The notes under the pieces were generated by a model that was not told the origin of the DNA, did not search any database, and saw nothing but the letters and a program-made list of their open reading frames with translations. A DNA stretch of 64,000 nucleotides from contig RCNO01000005.1 of the NCBI GenBank assembly GCA_003731685.1, positions 980-64,979 of the forward strand, given 5' to 3'. Of the stretch, positions 50,336 through 58,584 are shown in pieces. The first letter of the stretch is position 1; each line of letters begins with the position of its first letter. The stretch is from Bacteroidetes/Chlorobi group bacterium MS-B_bin-24 (GTDB lineage: Bacteria > Bacteroidota > Ignavibacteria > Kapaibacteriales > UBA2268). The translations under genes were made by a program, and so were the position numbers.

Positions 50336-50368
50336 TTGCATCGGATGTTTCGTGCACATCCAATGCCT
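50336..50368. repeat. degenerate copy of the 33-bp palindromic repeat
   Basis: ttgCATCGGATGTTT-CGT-gcACATCCaATGcCT. The core CATCGGATGTTT / ACATCC is retained. Confidence 0.55.
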
Positions 50369-50418
50369 GACAACCCCCTCCAAACCTATAAATATAATTT
50401 GGTCGATTAACTTTTGAT

Positions 50419-50450
50419 AAAGAAAAAGGCAAGGGAGGTTGTCCCTTGCC
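50419..50450 (-). terminator. rho-independent terminator of the Lys/Glu-rich protein gene
   Basis: The minus strand reads GGCAAGGGA-CAACC-TCCCTTGCC followed by TTTTTCTTT. It lies 26 nt after the stop codon. Confidence 0.85.
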
Positions 50451-50476
50451 GGAGTGAAGAAATTTTTATCTGCCGA

Positions 50477-50821
50477 TTAGTTCTTCTTTGGCTTGGTTTT
50501 GGTTTCTTTCTTCTCTGTCTTCTTAGCTTCTTTCTTTGGTTTTTCTTTCTTTTCTGCTTTTGCTTCTTTCTTTTCCTTTGTTCCGGTCTTCTTCATTTCT
50601 TTGGCTTCTTTCTTTGGTTTTTCCTTCTTCTCAACTTTTGCTTCTTTCTTTTCCTTGGCTTCGGTCTTCTTCATCTCTTTAACTTCCTTCTTCTCTTCGG
50701 TTTTCTTTTCGACTTTTTGCTTCGGTTTTGCTTCTTTAGTCTTTGCTGCGGGGGCTTGTGCGAAAACGCTTGTAGCAATAAATGCTACTGCTACAAAAAC
50801 TGCAATGATGGCTCGTTTCAT
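50477..50821 (-). CDS. secreted Lys/Glu-rich repeat protein (114 aa)
   Basis: ATG 50821 gives the signal peptide MKRAIIAVFVAVAFIATSVFA-QAP. By my count the mature 93 aa contain 41 Lys and 20 Glu. It has its own canonical terminator. The track ORF (to 50896) adds 25 unlikely codons. Confidence 0.65.
   Translation of the reverse strand: MKRAIIAVFVAVAFIATSVFAQAPAAKTKEAKPKQKVEKKTEEKKEVKEMKKTEAKEKKEAKVEKKEKPKKEAKEMKKTGTKEKKEAKAEKKEKPKKEAKKTEKKETKTKPKKN
50525..50680. repeat. 78-bp tandem duplication (2 units) inside the Lys/Glu-rich gene
   Basis: It encodes KEMKKTEAKEKKEAKVEKKEKPKKEA and KEMKKTGTKEKKEAKAEKKEKPKKEA, which differ at 3 of 26 residues. The DNA offset is exactly 78 nt. Confidence 0.85.
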
Positions 50822-50969
50822 AAAAAACTCCAAAAAAGTTAAACATACATCTTTTTGGCAATACAAAATTATGTTAAATTTTTTTTCGTTATTCAACCCA
50901 ATGCAAATTTTTTTTAAAAAACTTATATTTTTTTGTAATTTTATATTTTTAGTGTTAAAAATTACTTAT

Positions 50970-51911
50970 ATGTTTAAAAATTTTGTCATATTCTCTTTTT
51001 CACTTATTGTTTTGTTGAGTTTTTCTATTGTTCGCTTAAATTCTCAATGTGGGTGTTCTTCGGGACAGCAGTTTTCTCCGCCACTGCATTGGCTTGGAAC
51101 TTCCGAAACTGCTTTGAGCGAAAGAAAACGCTTGCGAATTGAATTCCTTTACCGATTCTTCTCTTCGAATCGCCTTTACAATGCTGATTCCTACAAGTCC
51201 GGTTTAGTCGATTTCAAAAGCCATTTTTTGAATCTATTTGCTTCCTATGGACTGGATGCATATACATCTTTTGATTTCGACATTTCCTATTCAGTTCGGT
51301 CACTCTACCAGTATGGCTTCCGAAGCAAAGGCTACGGATTTTCCTCTGCATCTTTAGGGCTCCGGCGTAATATTTACGAAACAGAAACTTCCGATTTTAT
51401 CTCTAATCTTGGGCTTGGATTTCGCTTCCCTTTGATGAAGTTCCAAGATATTGAAAACCATCCCGTTGTTATTCAACCATCGGATGGTTCGTTCGGGCTT
51501 TACGCAATGGCTTTTGCACAGAAATCCTTTCCGCAAGCAAATCTGAACCTTCTTCTCTTTGTCCGTTTCGATTACCAATTCGAGAATTCATTGAATTACT
51601 TTTTTGGACCAAATCTTTTGACTTCATTCCTTCTTTCCAAAAGATTTTCCGACAACTTTTATTCAATTGTGGAACTTCGCAACCAAATACATTTTAAGGA
51701 TAAATTCAATGATTCAACCTATACTAACTCTGGAGCCAAAGTTCTTGAATTAGTTCCAAGAATAACTTTCCTAACTGATGAGTTTTCGGTTTCCCCATTC
51801 TTCGAACTTCCCATTTATCAGTTTTACGAAGGTGAACAAATCGGGAAGAATTTTGCTCTTGGCATAAATTTTAATTATATTCTCAACTTTGCACGAAGAA
51901 AAATTGAATAA
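50970..51911 (+). CDS. putative outer-membrane beta-barrel protein
   Basis: In-frame ATG 50970 gives the signal peptide MFKNFVIFSFSLIVLLSFSIVRLNSQ. The sequence has beta-strand periodicity and many aromatic residues. The upstream 159 codons of the 472-aa track ORF are the antisense of the Lys-rich gene. Confidence 0.55.
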   Translation: MFKNFVIFSFSLIVLLSFSIVRLNSQCGCSSGQQFSPPLHWLGTSETALSERKRLRIEFLYRFFSSNRLYNADSYKSGLVDFKSHFLNLFASYGLDAYTSFDFDISYSVRSLYQYGFRSKGYGFSSASLGLRRNIYETETSDFISNLGLGFRFPLMKFQDIENHPVVIQPSDGSFGLYAMAFAQKSFPQANLNLLLFVRFDYQFENSLNYFFGPNLLTSFLLSKRFSDNFYSIVELRNQIHFKDKFNDSTYTNSGAKVLELVPRITFLTDEFSVSPFFELPIYQFYEGEQIGKNFALGINFNYILNFARRKIE

Positions 51912-51951
51912 TTTGCAATGTTGTAAATGTATTAAAAATTATGGGTTGGTT

Positions 51952-52512
51952 ATGAAACAATCAACTTTTCTATTGATCCTTTCTTTGCTTTTAATATTTG
52001 CATTTGAACCAATGGCTTATTCCCAATCGCGGAAGAAAGCCAAAGAAAGCAAACTTGTGCAGAATGATGACACGATTAAATATTCCCGAGGCAAAAAGAT
52101 TAGAAAGGAAAAGCCTTTGGCAAACAAAGATTCTCTTTCATCCTATGCATTAATCCGAAAGTCGCAAAAAGAAGCTTCGGAAAAAGTTCGGCAAGCCAAA
52201 ATGGAAATGCGACAAAAACTTAATGGAGCCAAAGAGGAGATGCGGAGAAAAGTTGCTATTGCAAAAGAAAAAGCACGAATCGAGGTCGAAAAAGCCAAAC
52301 TCAAAGCAAAGGAAGAGGTGGATAAAGTAATTGAACAGGAAAGGAAGCGAATCGTAAAACTCCAAAAAGAATTACAGCAGAAAGTAGAGCAAGTAAGACT
52401 CGAAGCCTATAAGAATTTCTCGAAAACGATTAATTCAAAGCCAAAAAATCCAACGACTAATTCCACGAAAAGAAAAAAATCAAAGTCAATAGACTCCACT
52501 GAAACCAAATAA
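51952..52512 (+). CDS. secreted Lys/Glu/Arg-rich coiled-coil protein
   Basis: ATG 51952 gives the signal peptide MKQSTFLLILSLLLIFAFEPMAYSQ. The remainder is charged helical repeat (AKMEMRQKL, AKEEMRRKV, AKEKARIEVEKAKLKAKEEV). Confidence 0.55.
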   Translation: MKQSTFLLILSLLLIFAFEPMAYSQSRKKAKESKLVQNDDTIKYSRGKKIRKEKPLANKDSLSSYALIRKSQKEASEKVRQAKMEMRQKLNGAKEEMRRKVAIAKEKARIEVEKAKLKAKEEVDKVIEQERKRIVKLQKELQQKVEQVRLEAYKNFSKTINSKPKNPTTNSTKRKKSKSIDSTETK

Positions 52513-52520
52513 AATGGCTA

Positions 52521-53015
52521 ATGCTTGATTTTATCAAAAAGTTTCAGAACTTTTTCAGGAACAACCTTTATTTTACCAAGCAAGAGATAATATTTGTCTT
52601 TCTTTTGTTCGTTGCTTTGTTAGCTAGCAACATTGGGAAGCTTACTAATGTTAATGAAACCAACGATAACGCAGTCGAGAAAATTTCTCGGATGATAGAC
52701 AGCCTTGCACGGGAGGAAAGTAAAACCTATACGGGAACAGATATTCACGGGAACCCTGTCGATACCTCGAATTCCAATTACAAGGGAAACAGAAACTTGT
52801 TTGCCAAGCTTAAACCGGGCGACACCGTAAAAATCAATATCAACACAGCATCCAGAGTTGAATTGATGAGGCTACCCGGGATAGGCGAAAAAACTGCTCA
52901 ACAGATTATAGAGTTTCGTAAGCAAAATAAGTTTAAAAGCAAAGAAGATTTGTTGAAAATCAAAGGTTTTGGGAAAAAGAAATTACAGCGTATCGAAATG
53001 TTTATTACTTACTAA
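52521..53015 (+). CDS. comEA: ComEA-family helix-hairpin-helix DNA-binding protein
   Basis: 164 aa with an N-terminal TM helix. The C-terminal HhH pair is [27 protein letters not shown]...[15 protein letters not shown]. Confidence 0.8.
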   Translation: MLDFIKKFQNFFRNNLYFTKQEIIFVFLLFVALLASNIGKLTNVNETNDNAVEKISRMIDSLAREESKTYTGTDIHGNPVDTSNSNYKGNRNLFAKLKPGDTVKININTASRVELMRLPGIGEKTAQQIIEFRKQNKFKSKEDLLKIKGFGKKKLQRIEMFITY

Positions 53016-53046
53016 ATTGCAAATTTTAACATAGAAAGGTTGAAAA

Positions 53047-54135
53047 ATGAAGTTAACAATTTTCAATGCAATCCACAAGGAACTCGGGGCCAAAATGGTT
53101 GAATTTGCTGGATTTGAAATGCCAATCCAGTATAAAAACGGAATAATTTTCGAGCATAAGGCTGTTCGAACCAGTGTCGGTGTTTTCGATGTTTCGCATA
53201 TGGGCGAATTTGAAATTTCCGGTCCCGACGCACTTGCTTTTGTACAGAAAGTTACCACAAACGATGCAAGTAAACTTTTCCCGGGCAAAGTTCAATATTC
53301 CGCAATGTGTTATCATCACGGCGGAATTGTCGACGATTTACTCGTTTACCGCTTGGATGAAAACAAATTTATGTTTGTGGTCAATGCTGCAAATATTGAA
53401 AAGGATTTCAATTGGTGTTTGGAAAATGCCAAAGATTTTGATGTACAACTGAAAAATATCAGCGATGAAATTAATCTTTTGGCTGTGCAAGGACCGAATT
53501 CGCTTAAAACATTGCAAAAGTTGACCGATACGGATTTGAATTCGATGAAGTATTACACTTTTCAAAATGGTAAACTTGCCGATGTCGATATGATTATCTC
53601 CCGAACAGGTTACACAGGTGAATTGGGATTTGAATTGTACTTCCGAGGCGTTTTTTCCGTAGCCAAACACGTTTGGGATGCAATATTCGAGGCTGGTAAG
53701 GAGTTCAACATTGAGCCAGTGGGACTTGGTTGTCGCGATACTTTGAGGTTGGAAAAAGGATATTGCCTTTATGGGAATGATATTGATGAGACAACGAATC
53801 CAATCGAGGCTGGTTTGGGCTGGATTACTAAGCTGGAAAAAGGACCTTTCAACGGTTCCGAAGTCATTGCAAAAGTAAAAGAAGAAGGACCACGCCGCCG
53901 TCTTGTCGGTTTTGTATCGGATGAAAACCGCTTCATTCCCAGACATAACTACAAGATATATTCTCAAGGTAAGGAAATCGGCTATGTTACGAGCGGGAAC
54001 ATTTCGCCGATGCTCGAAAAACCAATTGGTATGGGTTATGTGCAAACGGAATTTTCGAACGAAGGCACCGAAATTCAGATAGAATCCCGAGGCAAACTCT
54101 TTGCCGCAAAAGTTGTTAAACTGCCTTTTGTTTAA
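53047..54135 (+). CDS. gcvT: glycine cleavage system aminomethyltransferase (T protein)
   Basis: 362 aa. Motifs [41 protein letters not shown]. Confidence 0.95.
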   Translation: MKLTIFNAIHKELGAKMVEFAGFEMPIQYKNGIIFEHKAVRTSVGVFDVSHMGEFEISGPDALAFVQKVTTNDASKLFPGKVQYSAMCYHHGGIVDDLLVYRLDENKFMFVVNAANIEKDFNWCLENAKDFDVQLKNISDEINLLAVQGPNSLKTLQKLTDTDLNSMKYYTFQNGKLADVDMIISRTGYTGELGFELYFRGVFSVAKHVWDAIFEAGKEFNIEPVGLGCRDTLRLEKGYCLYGNDIDETTNPIEAGLGWITKLEKGPFNGSEVIAKVKEEGPRRRLVGFVSDENRFIPRHNYKIYSQGKEIGYVTSGNISPMLEKPIGMGYVQTEFSNEGTEIQIESRGKLFAAKVVKLPFV

Positions 54136-54277
54136 TTTTTGAACAAATTGTTCGAGTTTAATTTCGTTTGATATAAAAAAAGTATATTGTAAGCAAATTA
54201 GGCGATAACAAAGTTTTGAAAGACAACATAGATTTGCCTAATTATTTAAAATTTATTAATTTTGCAATTGATTATAT

Positions 54278-54351
54278 GGCGAGCTTAGCTCAGTTGGGAG
54301 AGCATCAGATTGTGGCTCTGAGGGTCACGGGTTCGAGCCCCGTAGCTCGCC
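54278..54351 (+). tRNA. tRNA-His (anticodon GTG) with a genome-encoded G-1
   Basis: Hand-folded cloverleaf. G-1 pairs with C73. The acceptor stem is GCGAGCT/AGCTCGC and the D stem is GCTC/GAGC. The anticodon stem is TCAGA/TCTGA with loop TTGTGGC. The T stem is ACGGG/CCCGT with loop TTCGAGC. The 3' CCA is not encoded (the sequence continues CAAAA). Confidence 0.9.
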
Positions 54352-54418
54352 CAAAATCCCACTTTTAATTTCAAACATTTCTTAATTTTGTAATTCTTTA
54401 AATAATTGGGTTAGGATT

Positions 54419-56458
54419 ATGAAAAAATATTTTGTTTTTCTGGTAGCTTCTATTTTCTTTTTTACTTTTTGCTCAACAAACAAAGAAGAAGAAATGAAAA
54501 AATTTATCGACAGAAGCACAGTTCAAAAGACTATCAAAGCCCTAATTGAAAAGTATGGGGAAAACGAGCGTCCACGAGTTGAAAAAAGTATTAATCAAAT
54601 GGCGAATTTTTGGACAGAAGAGGATGGCAGCAAAAAGGACTTTTTCGAATTCTGCTTGAATAATTTCGTTCCCTCTGGCGATACTTTAGACACGATTTTC
54701 ACTCGAATTTCTAATTACTTCGAAGTGATTGGAGGACATTTCAACAAGATAACTTTGGAACTCAATCGGCAATTGCATCTCGACCTTGGCGAAATTTATC
54801 CCATCGATTTGATGTTTGCTGGATACGACCCCTCGGCAAATTTGACCAACGATTTCTTCAAGAACAAAATTGCTTTCTATGTGATTTTGAACTTCCCAAA
54901 TTACTCTTTGAAAGAAAAGAACGAGTTGGGATTGAAATGGTCTCGGAAACAATGGGCTTATGCACGAATGGGCGATATCTTCACTTCGCGTGTCCCCAGC
55001 GAATATTTGCAGAAGATTTCGGAAGTAACCACCAAAGCCGATTCATACATCTCGCAATATAACATTTATGTTGGAAATCTTGTTGACGACAACTTCAAAA
55101 CTTATTTCCCCAAAGATAAAAAGCTAATTTCCCACTGGAACTTGCGGGATGAGATAAAATCGCAATATGGCAAAGAGGATGGCTTATTCAAGCAGAAGAT
55201 GATTTACGAGGTAATGAAACATATCGTTGCCCAGAGTATTCCCGAGCAGGTAATCAATAATCCTGAATATCAGTGGAATCCATTTAAGAACAAATTGTAT
55301 AAGGATAATAAAGAAGTTCCATTTAAACCAGAGCCCGATACTCGCTACAAGCATTTGTTGGATAATTTCTTGGTGCGAAAAGCGGTCGATAAATTCTATC
55401 CTGAATATCCAACATACATTAGTCGGAAATTTGACCTTGAATTCGAGATTTCGGAAAGCGAAATCGAGAAGCTTTTTGTGGAGTTGCTTTCCTCGCCAGC
55501 GGTGAAGAAAGTGGCGGACTTAATCCAGAAGCGGTTGAATAGACCGCTCGAGCCGTTCGACATTTGGTACGATGGTTTCAAAGCCCGAAGCACGTTGGAC
55601 GAAAACCAGTTAACCGAAATTACACGCAAGAAGTATCCAAATAACCAAGCCTTTGCAGCAGATTTGCCGAATATTTTGATGAAATTAGGCTTTTCGAGCG
55701 AACTTGCTGATTTCATTGCTTCGCGTGTGGAAGTCGATCCTGCTCGTGGGGCTGGCCACGCTTGGGGACCACAAATGAGAAGCGAAAAGGCACATCTACG
55801 AACTCGAATCGGCAAAGAAGGAATGGATTACAAGGGATATAATATCGCTATCCACGAGTTTGGACATAATGTTGAGCAAACGCTCACGTTGCAAAAGGTT
55901 GATTACTATATGCTTTCGGGAGTGCCGAACACGGCTTTCACCGAAGCTATGGCATTCATTTTCCAAAAGCGAGACCTCGACCTGCTCGGGATTAAGAATC
56001 CTGACCCGTTAAGCAAATATATGACCGCATTGGACAATTTCTGGTCTGCCTACGAAATTATGGGCGTTGCACTTGTCGATATGTATGTTTGGAATTGGAT
56101 GTATAAAAATCCCAACGCTACTCCTTCGGAATTGAAAGAGGCTGTAATCAAAATCGCAAAAGAAGTTTGGAATAAATATTATGCTCCTGTTATTGGTAAA
56201 AAAGATGAACCAATTCTTGCAATATATTCCCATATGATTGATTATCCATTGTATTTGCCAGCTTATCCACTTGGACATTTGATTGAATTCCAAATTGAAA
56301 AATATCTCGAAGGGAAAGACTTTGCAAGCGAACTCTATCGAATATTGACGCAGGGAAGGCTGACGCCACAAGTTTGGATGCAGAATGCTGTTGGCTCGAA
56401 TATTTCGCCTAAACCGCTTATCGAAGCAGCCGAAGAAGCACTTAAATATGTCAATTGA
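54419..56458 (+). CDS. zinc metallopeptidase-like lipoprotein (HExxH; M3-like)
   Basis: 679 aa with a lipoprotein signal (FFFTFC). The only clear catalytic signature is IAIHEFGHNVEQ. The family assignment is tentative. Confidence 0.55.
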   Translation: MKKYFVFLVASIFFFTFCSTNKEEEMKKFIDRSTVQKTIKALIEKYGENERPRVEKSINQMANFWTEEDGSKKDFFEFCLNNFVPSGDTLDTIFTRISNYFEVIGGHFNKITLELNRQLHLDLGEIYPIDLMFAGYDPSANLTNDFFKNKIAFYVILNFPNYSLKEKNELGLKWSRKQWAYARMGDIFTSRVPSEYLQKISEVTTKADSYISQYNIYVGNLVDDNFKTYFPKDKKLISHWNLRDEIKSQYGKEDGLFKQKMIYEVMKHIVAQSIPEQVINNPEYQWNPFKNKLYKDNKEVPFKPEPDTRYKHLLDNFLVRKAVDKFYPEYPTYISRKFDLEFEISESEIEKLFVELLSSPAVKKVADLIQKRLNRPLEPFDIWYDGFKARSTLDENQLTEITRKKYPNNQAFAADLPNILMKLGFSSELADFIASRVEVDPARGAGHAWGPQMRSEKAHLRTRIGKEGMDYKGYNIAIHEFGHNVEQTLTLQKVDYYMLSGVPNTAFTEAMAFIFQKRDLDLLGIKNPDPLSKYMTALDNFWSAYEIMGVALVDMYVWNWMYKNPNATPSELKEAVIKIAKEVWNKYYAPVIGKKDEPILAIYSHMIDYPLYLPAYPLGHLIEFQIEKYLEGKDFASELYRILTQGRLTPQVWMQNAVGSNISPKPLIEAAEEALKYVN

Positions 56459-56462
56459 TTAT

Positions 56463-57149
56463 ATGACTGCGATTAAAAAAAGTTTAGTTCTTCTTTTCTT
56501 GCCCTTTTATATTCTTTTCGGGGAAGTTGACTCATTGTCGACTTCCCCAAGTTCTTTTTTTATTTCCATTTCTGCTTATGGTAGCGGTGGATTGAATATC
56601 GTAACCGCACCATCACGGGAAAATGTGCTCTCATTTAATCCGATTCCATCTGTATTTGCAGCATTTCAGAAAATACTTAATGATACTTCGCATACTACAT
56701 TGGGAGTTCAAGCGGGATTTCTTTCACAGGTCTTCAAAATAAAATCGCAAAATTTGGCTACTGAATTCTTATCTTCGAGCAATTCATTCGATTTTACGAT
56801 TAATTACTTGTCGCTTGATGTTCTTTTCAGCACTTTTGGCATCACTTTCGGTTTTGGATACAAGTATCCTGTTGGTGGCAAGTTCAAGAGTGAAATCCCT
56901 ACTGAAAATCTTGCTTCGGTGTTCGATTGCTTGCTGGGGTATTCTTTCAATCTTTACTCCGATGAAGAAAATTCAATTTGTGCGAGTTTCCTTTTACGCT
57001 ATCCTTTGAAAAAGATTTACAAAAACTATCCTGAAAGCGACCCAGTGCTTTCTTTCGAAAATGTCGCACAGAAACAAAATATAGCGAACAAGCATAATCC
57101 TGCTATTCTTTGGTTTGGCTTTGGAATTATTTACAGATATAGTTTCTGA
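56463..57149 (+). CDS. hypothetical outer-membrane beta-barrel-like protein
   Basis: ATG 56463 gives MTAIKKSLVLLFLPFYILFG. The sequence has amphipathic beta periodicity and ends in aromatic residues (...IIYRYSF). The ATGA overlaps the next gene. Confidence 0.45.
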   Translation: MTAIKKSLVLLFLPFYILFGEVDSLSTSPSSFFISISAYGSGGLNIVTAPSRENVLSFNPIPSVFAAFQKILNDTSHTTLGVQAGFLSQVFKIKSQNLATEFLSSSNSFDFTINYLSLDVLFSTFGITFGFGYKYPVGGKFKSEIPTENLASVFDCLLGYSFNLYSDEENSICASFLLRYPLKKIYKNYPESDPVLSFENVAQKQNIANKHNPAILWFGFGIIYRYSF

Positions 57150-58480
57150 TGAGATTGCATTTCCTTCTTTTGCTTTTATTTCCCCATTTTTCTTGGGTTT
57201 TAGCACAGGAAAATAAAGCCAGCCTTTCGTCCCTTCCCGATTTTTCGAAACCTGTTATAAGATTTATCAGAGTTTATGGTGAGAAAAGCGAACTCGACCC
57301 ACCAGTAATTGTCGTTGGCGATGAGAGAACCGCAGTTTCCACAGGATTGAGAAGCGACAAAATCGTTATTGAATTCGACGTTGCGAGCAAAGTTCCGCCA
57401 AGCCTCTTTGCACGTTTTGTGCATTGCTCTTACGATTGGAAAGAGGATGAAAACATCTTTATCAACGAGGCAACTGCGTACCGAACAAGCAATATTTTCT
57501 GGGAGTCAGCCCCGATTAGTTCAAAATATTACAACTTTCGTGGAAAAATTATCATTCCAAACGAGCAGGTGAAATTTAAATACTCGGGCAACTGGAAGGT
57601 AAAATTGTTCGATTATTCCGAGCCCGATGTAGTTTTGGCAGAAGCCCGCTTCTTTGTTGTCAATCCAATCGCAAATGTAGAAATGCGTTTCTATTCCGAC
57701 TTTTACAAGCCCGAACGAAACGTAACAGCATCGGCATACGATATCGAAGTTCTGGTTACCGCCGCAGGTCGTGCCAAGCTAATCGAAAGCTACTTGCATT
57801 CCGTCGTTCTCTACCGAAATCACCGATGGTATGAACCTATTGTTATTTCGATGAATGCTCCATCGACAGATTACTTTAAATATAAATTTTCTACCTCTGT
57901 TTTTGGTTTTGTGTCGAATGGCAAGGTTTTCCGAATCGATGGTGTGCCTGCTGAAAATGGCTATCGTGTTATCGATCTGACGAATCTTGCGTTGTATCCT
58001 TCGATGAATGCACCTGTTCGCCTTCCAATTTCCGATATTCGCCGAAGAGGAAGCTACTTCGAACCGCACGACGATGGTGCGATGATTACAAGTTTTGTAA
58101 GTCCTAATTATGATGATTATGTTTATGTTGAATTTGTTCTGGACCCCGAAGGATGGGAAACAAACGAGGAAGTTTTCCTTGTCGGTTCATTCAACAACTG
58201 GAGACCTTCGAGGGATTGGAGGATGTATTACGACGAGAACGAAAGGATTTTTAAGTTGAGGCAGTGGGTTCGTCGTGCTCGTCATAATTATTTGTATGCA
58301 ACCGGCAGTTTGGGCGACGATGGCAATGTTATTCGTGTGTCCTACGATGAATTCGAAGGGAACACGGTAACAAGTTCCCAAACATTTCTCGCATTTGTGT
58401 ACTACCGCAACCCGGGTTTTGGCGGCTTCGATGAAATCGTAGGTTTTGCCAATGCCTCCTATTTTACTTCCGGGAGGTAA
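57149..58480 (+). CDS. DUF5103 / T9SS plug-protein-like protein (tentative)
   Basis: 443 aa with a signal peptide. The recalled family pattern I..I.vy...PVI...FD....HC..DW...S...Y...PN...SGNW is present (FVHCSYDWKEDE, IPNEQVKFKYSGNWKVKLFD). The length fits the family, and there is a C-terminal CBM48-like segment. It needs HMM confirmation. Confidence 0.45.
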   Translation: MRLHFLLLLLFPHFSWVLAQENKASLSSLPDFSKPVIRFIRVYGEKSELDPPVIVVGDERTAVSTGLRSDKIVIEFDVASKVPPSLFARFVHCSYDWKEDENIFINEATAYRTSNIFWESAPISSKYYNFRGKIIIPNEQVKFKYSGNWKVKLFDYSEPDVVLAEARFFVVNPIANVEMRFYSDFYKPERNVTASAYDIEVLVTAAGRAKLIESYLHSVVLYRNHRWYEPIVISMNAPSTDYFKYKFSTSVFGFVSNGKVFRIDGVPAENGYRVIDLTNLALYPSMNAPVRLPISDIRRRGSYFEPHDDGAMITSFVSPNYDDYVYVEFVLDPEGWETNEEVFLVGSFNNWRPSRDWRMYYDENERIFKLRQWVRRARHNYLYATGSLGDDGNVIRVSYDEFEGNTVTSSQTFLAFVYYRNPGFGGFDEIVGFANASYFTSGR

Positions 58481-58584
58481 GTTTTATGAAATTTTGTAAG
58501 TCAAAATTTTTATTTTTGTATTTTTGATAATTCTATTAATCTTTTGTGCAAAACTTATTTTCAAAACAAAGGAGGGATGAAGAA

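Noticed and set aside
50000-50432. Two minus-strand ORFs of 65 and 68 aa in the ATL / Lys-rich intergenic gap.
   Set aside because: They are composed largely of the decayed palindromic repeat copies and overlap the ATL gene end and the terminator. They have no start context or motif.
50493-50969. The N-terminal 159 codons of the 472-aa plus-strand track ORF (Phe/Ser/Leu-rich).
   Set aside because: It is the exact antisense of the Lys/Glu-rich gene, so polypurine coding produces an open antisense frame. A proper signal peptide begins at the in-frame ATG 50970. The minus-strand gene has its own signal peptide and terminator.
53016-53046. A glycine riboswitch upstream of gcvT, which is the classic context for one.
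   Set aside because: Only 31 nt separate the comEA stop from the gcvT start. This is far too short for a glycine aptamer, and no aptamer-like conserved sequence was seen.
53338-54045. A 235-aa minus-strand ORF.
   Set aside because: It is antisense to gcvT, whose translation carries canonical T-protein motifs along its full length. The antisense product has no recognisable features.
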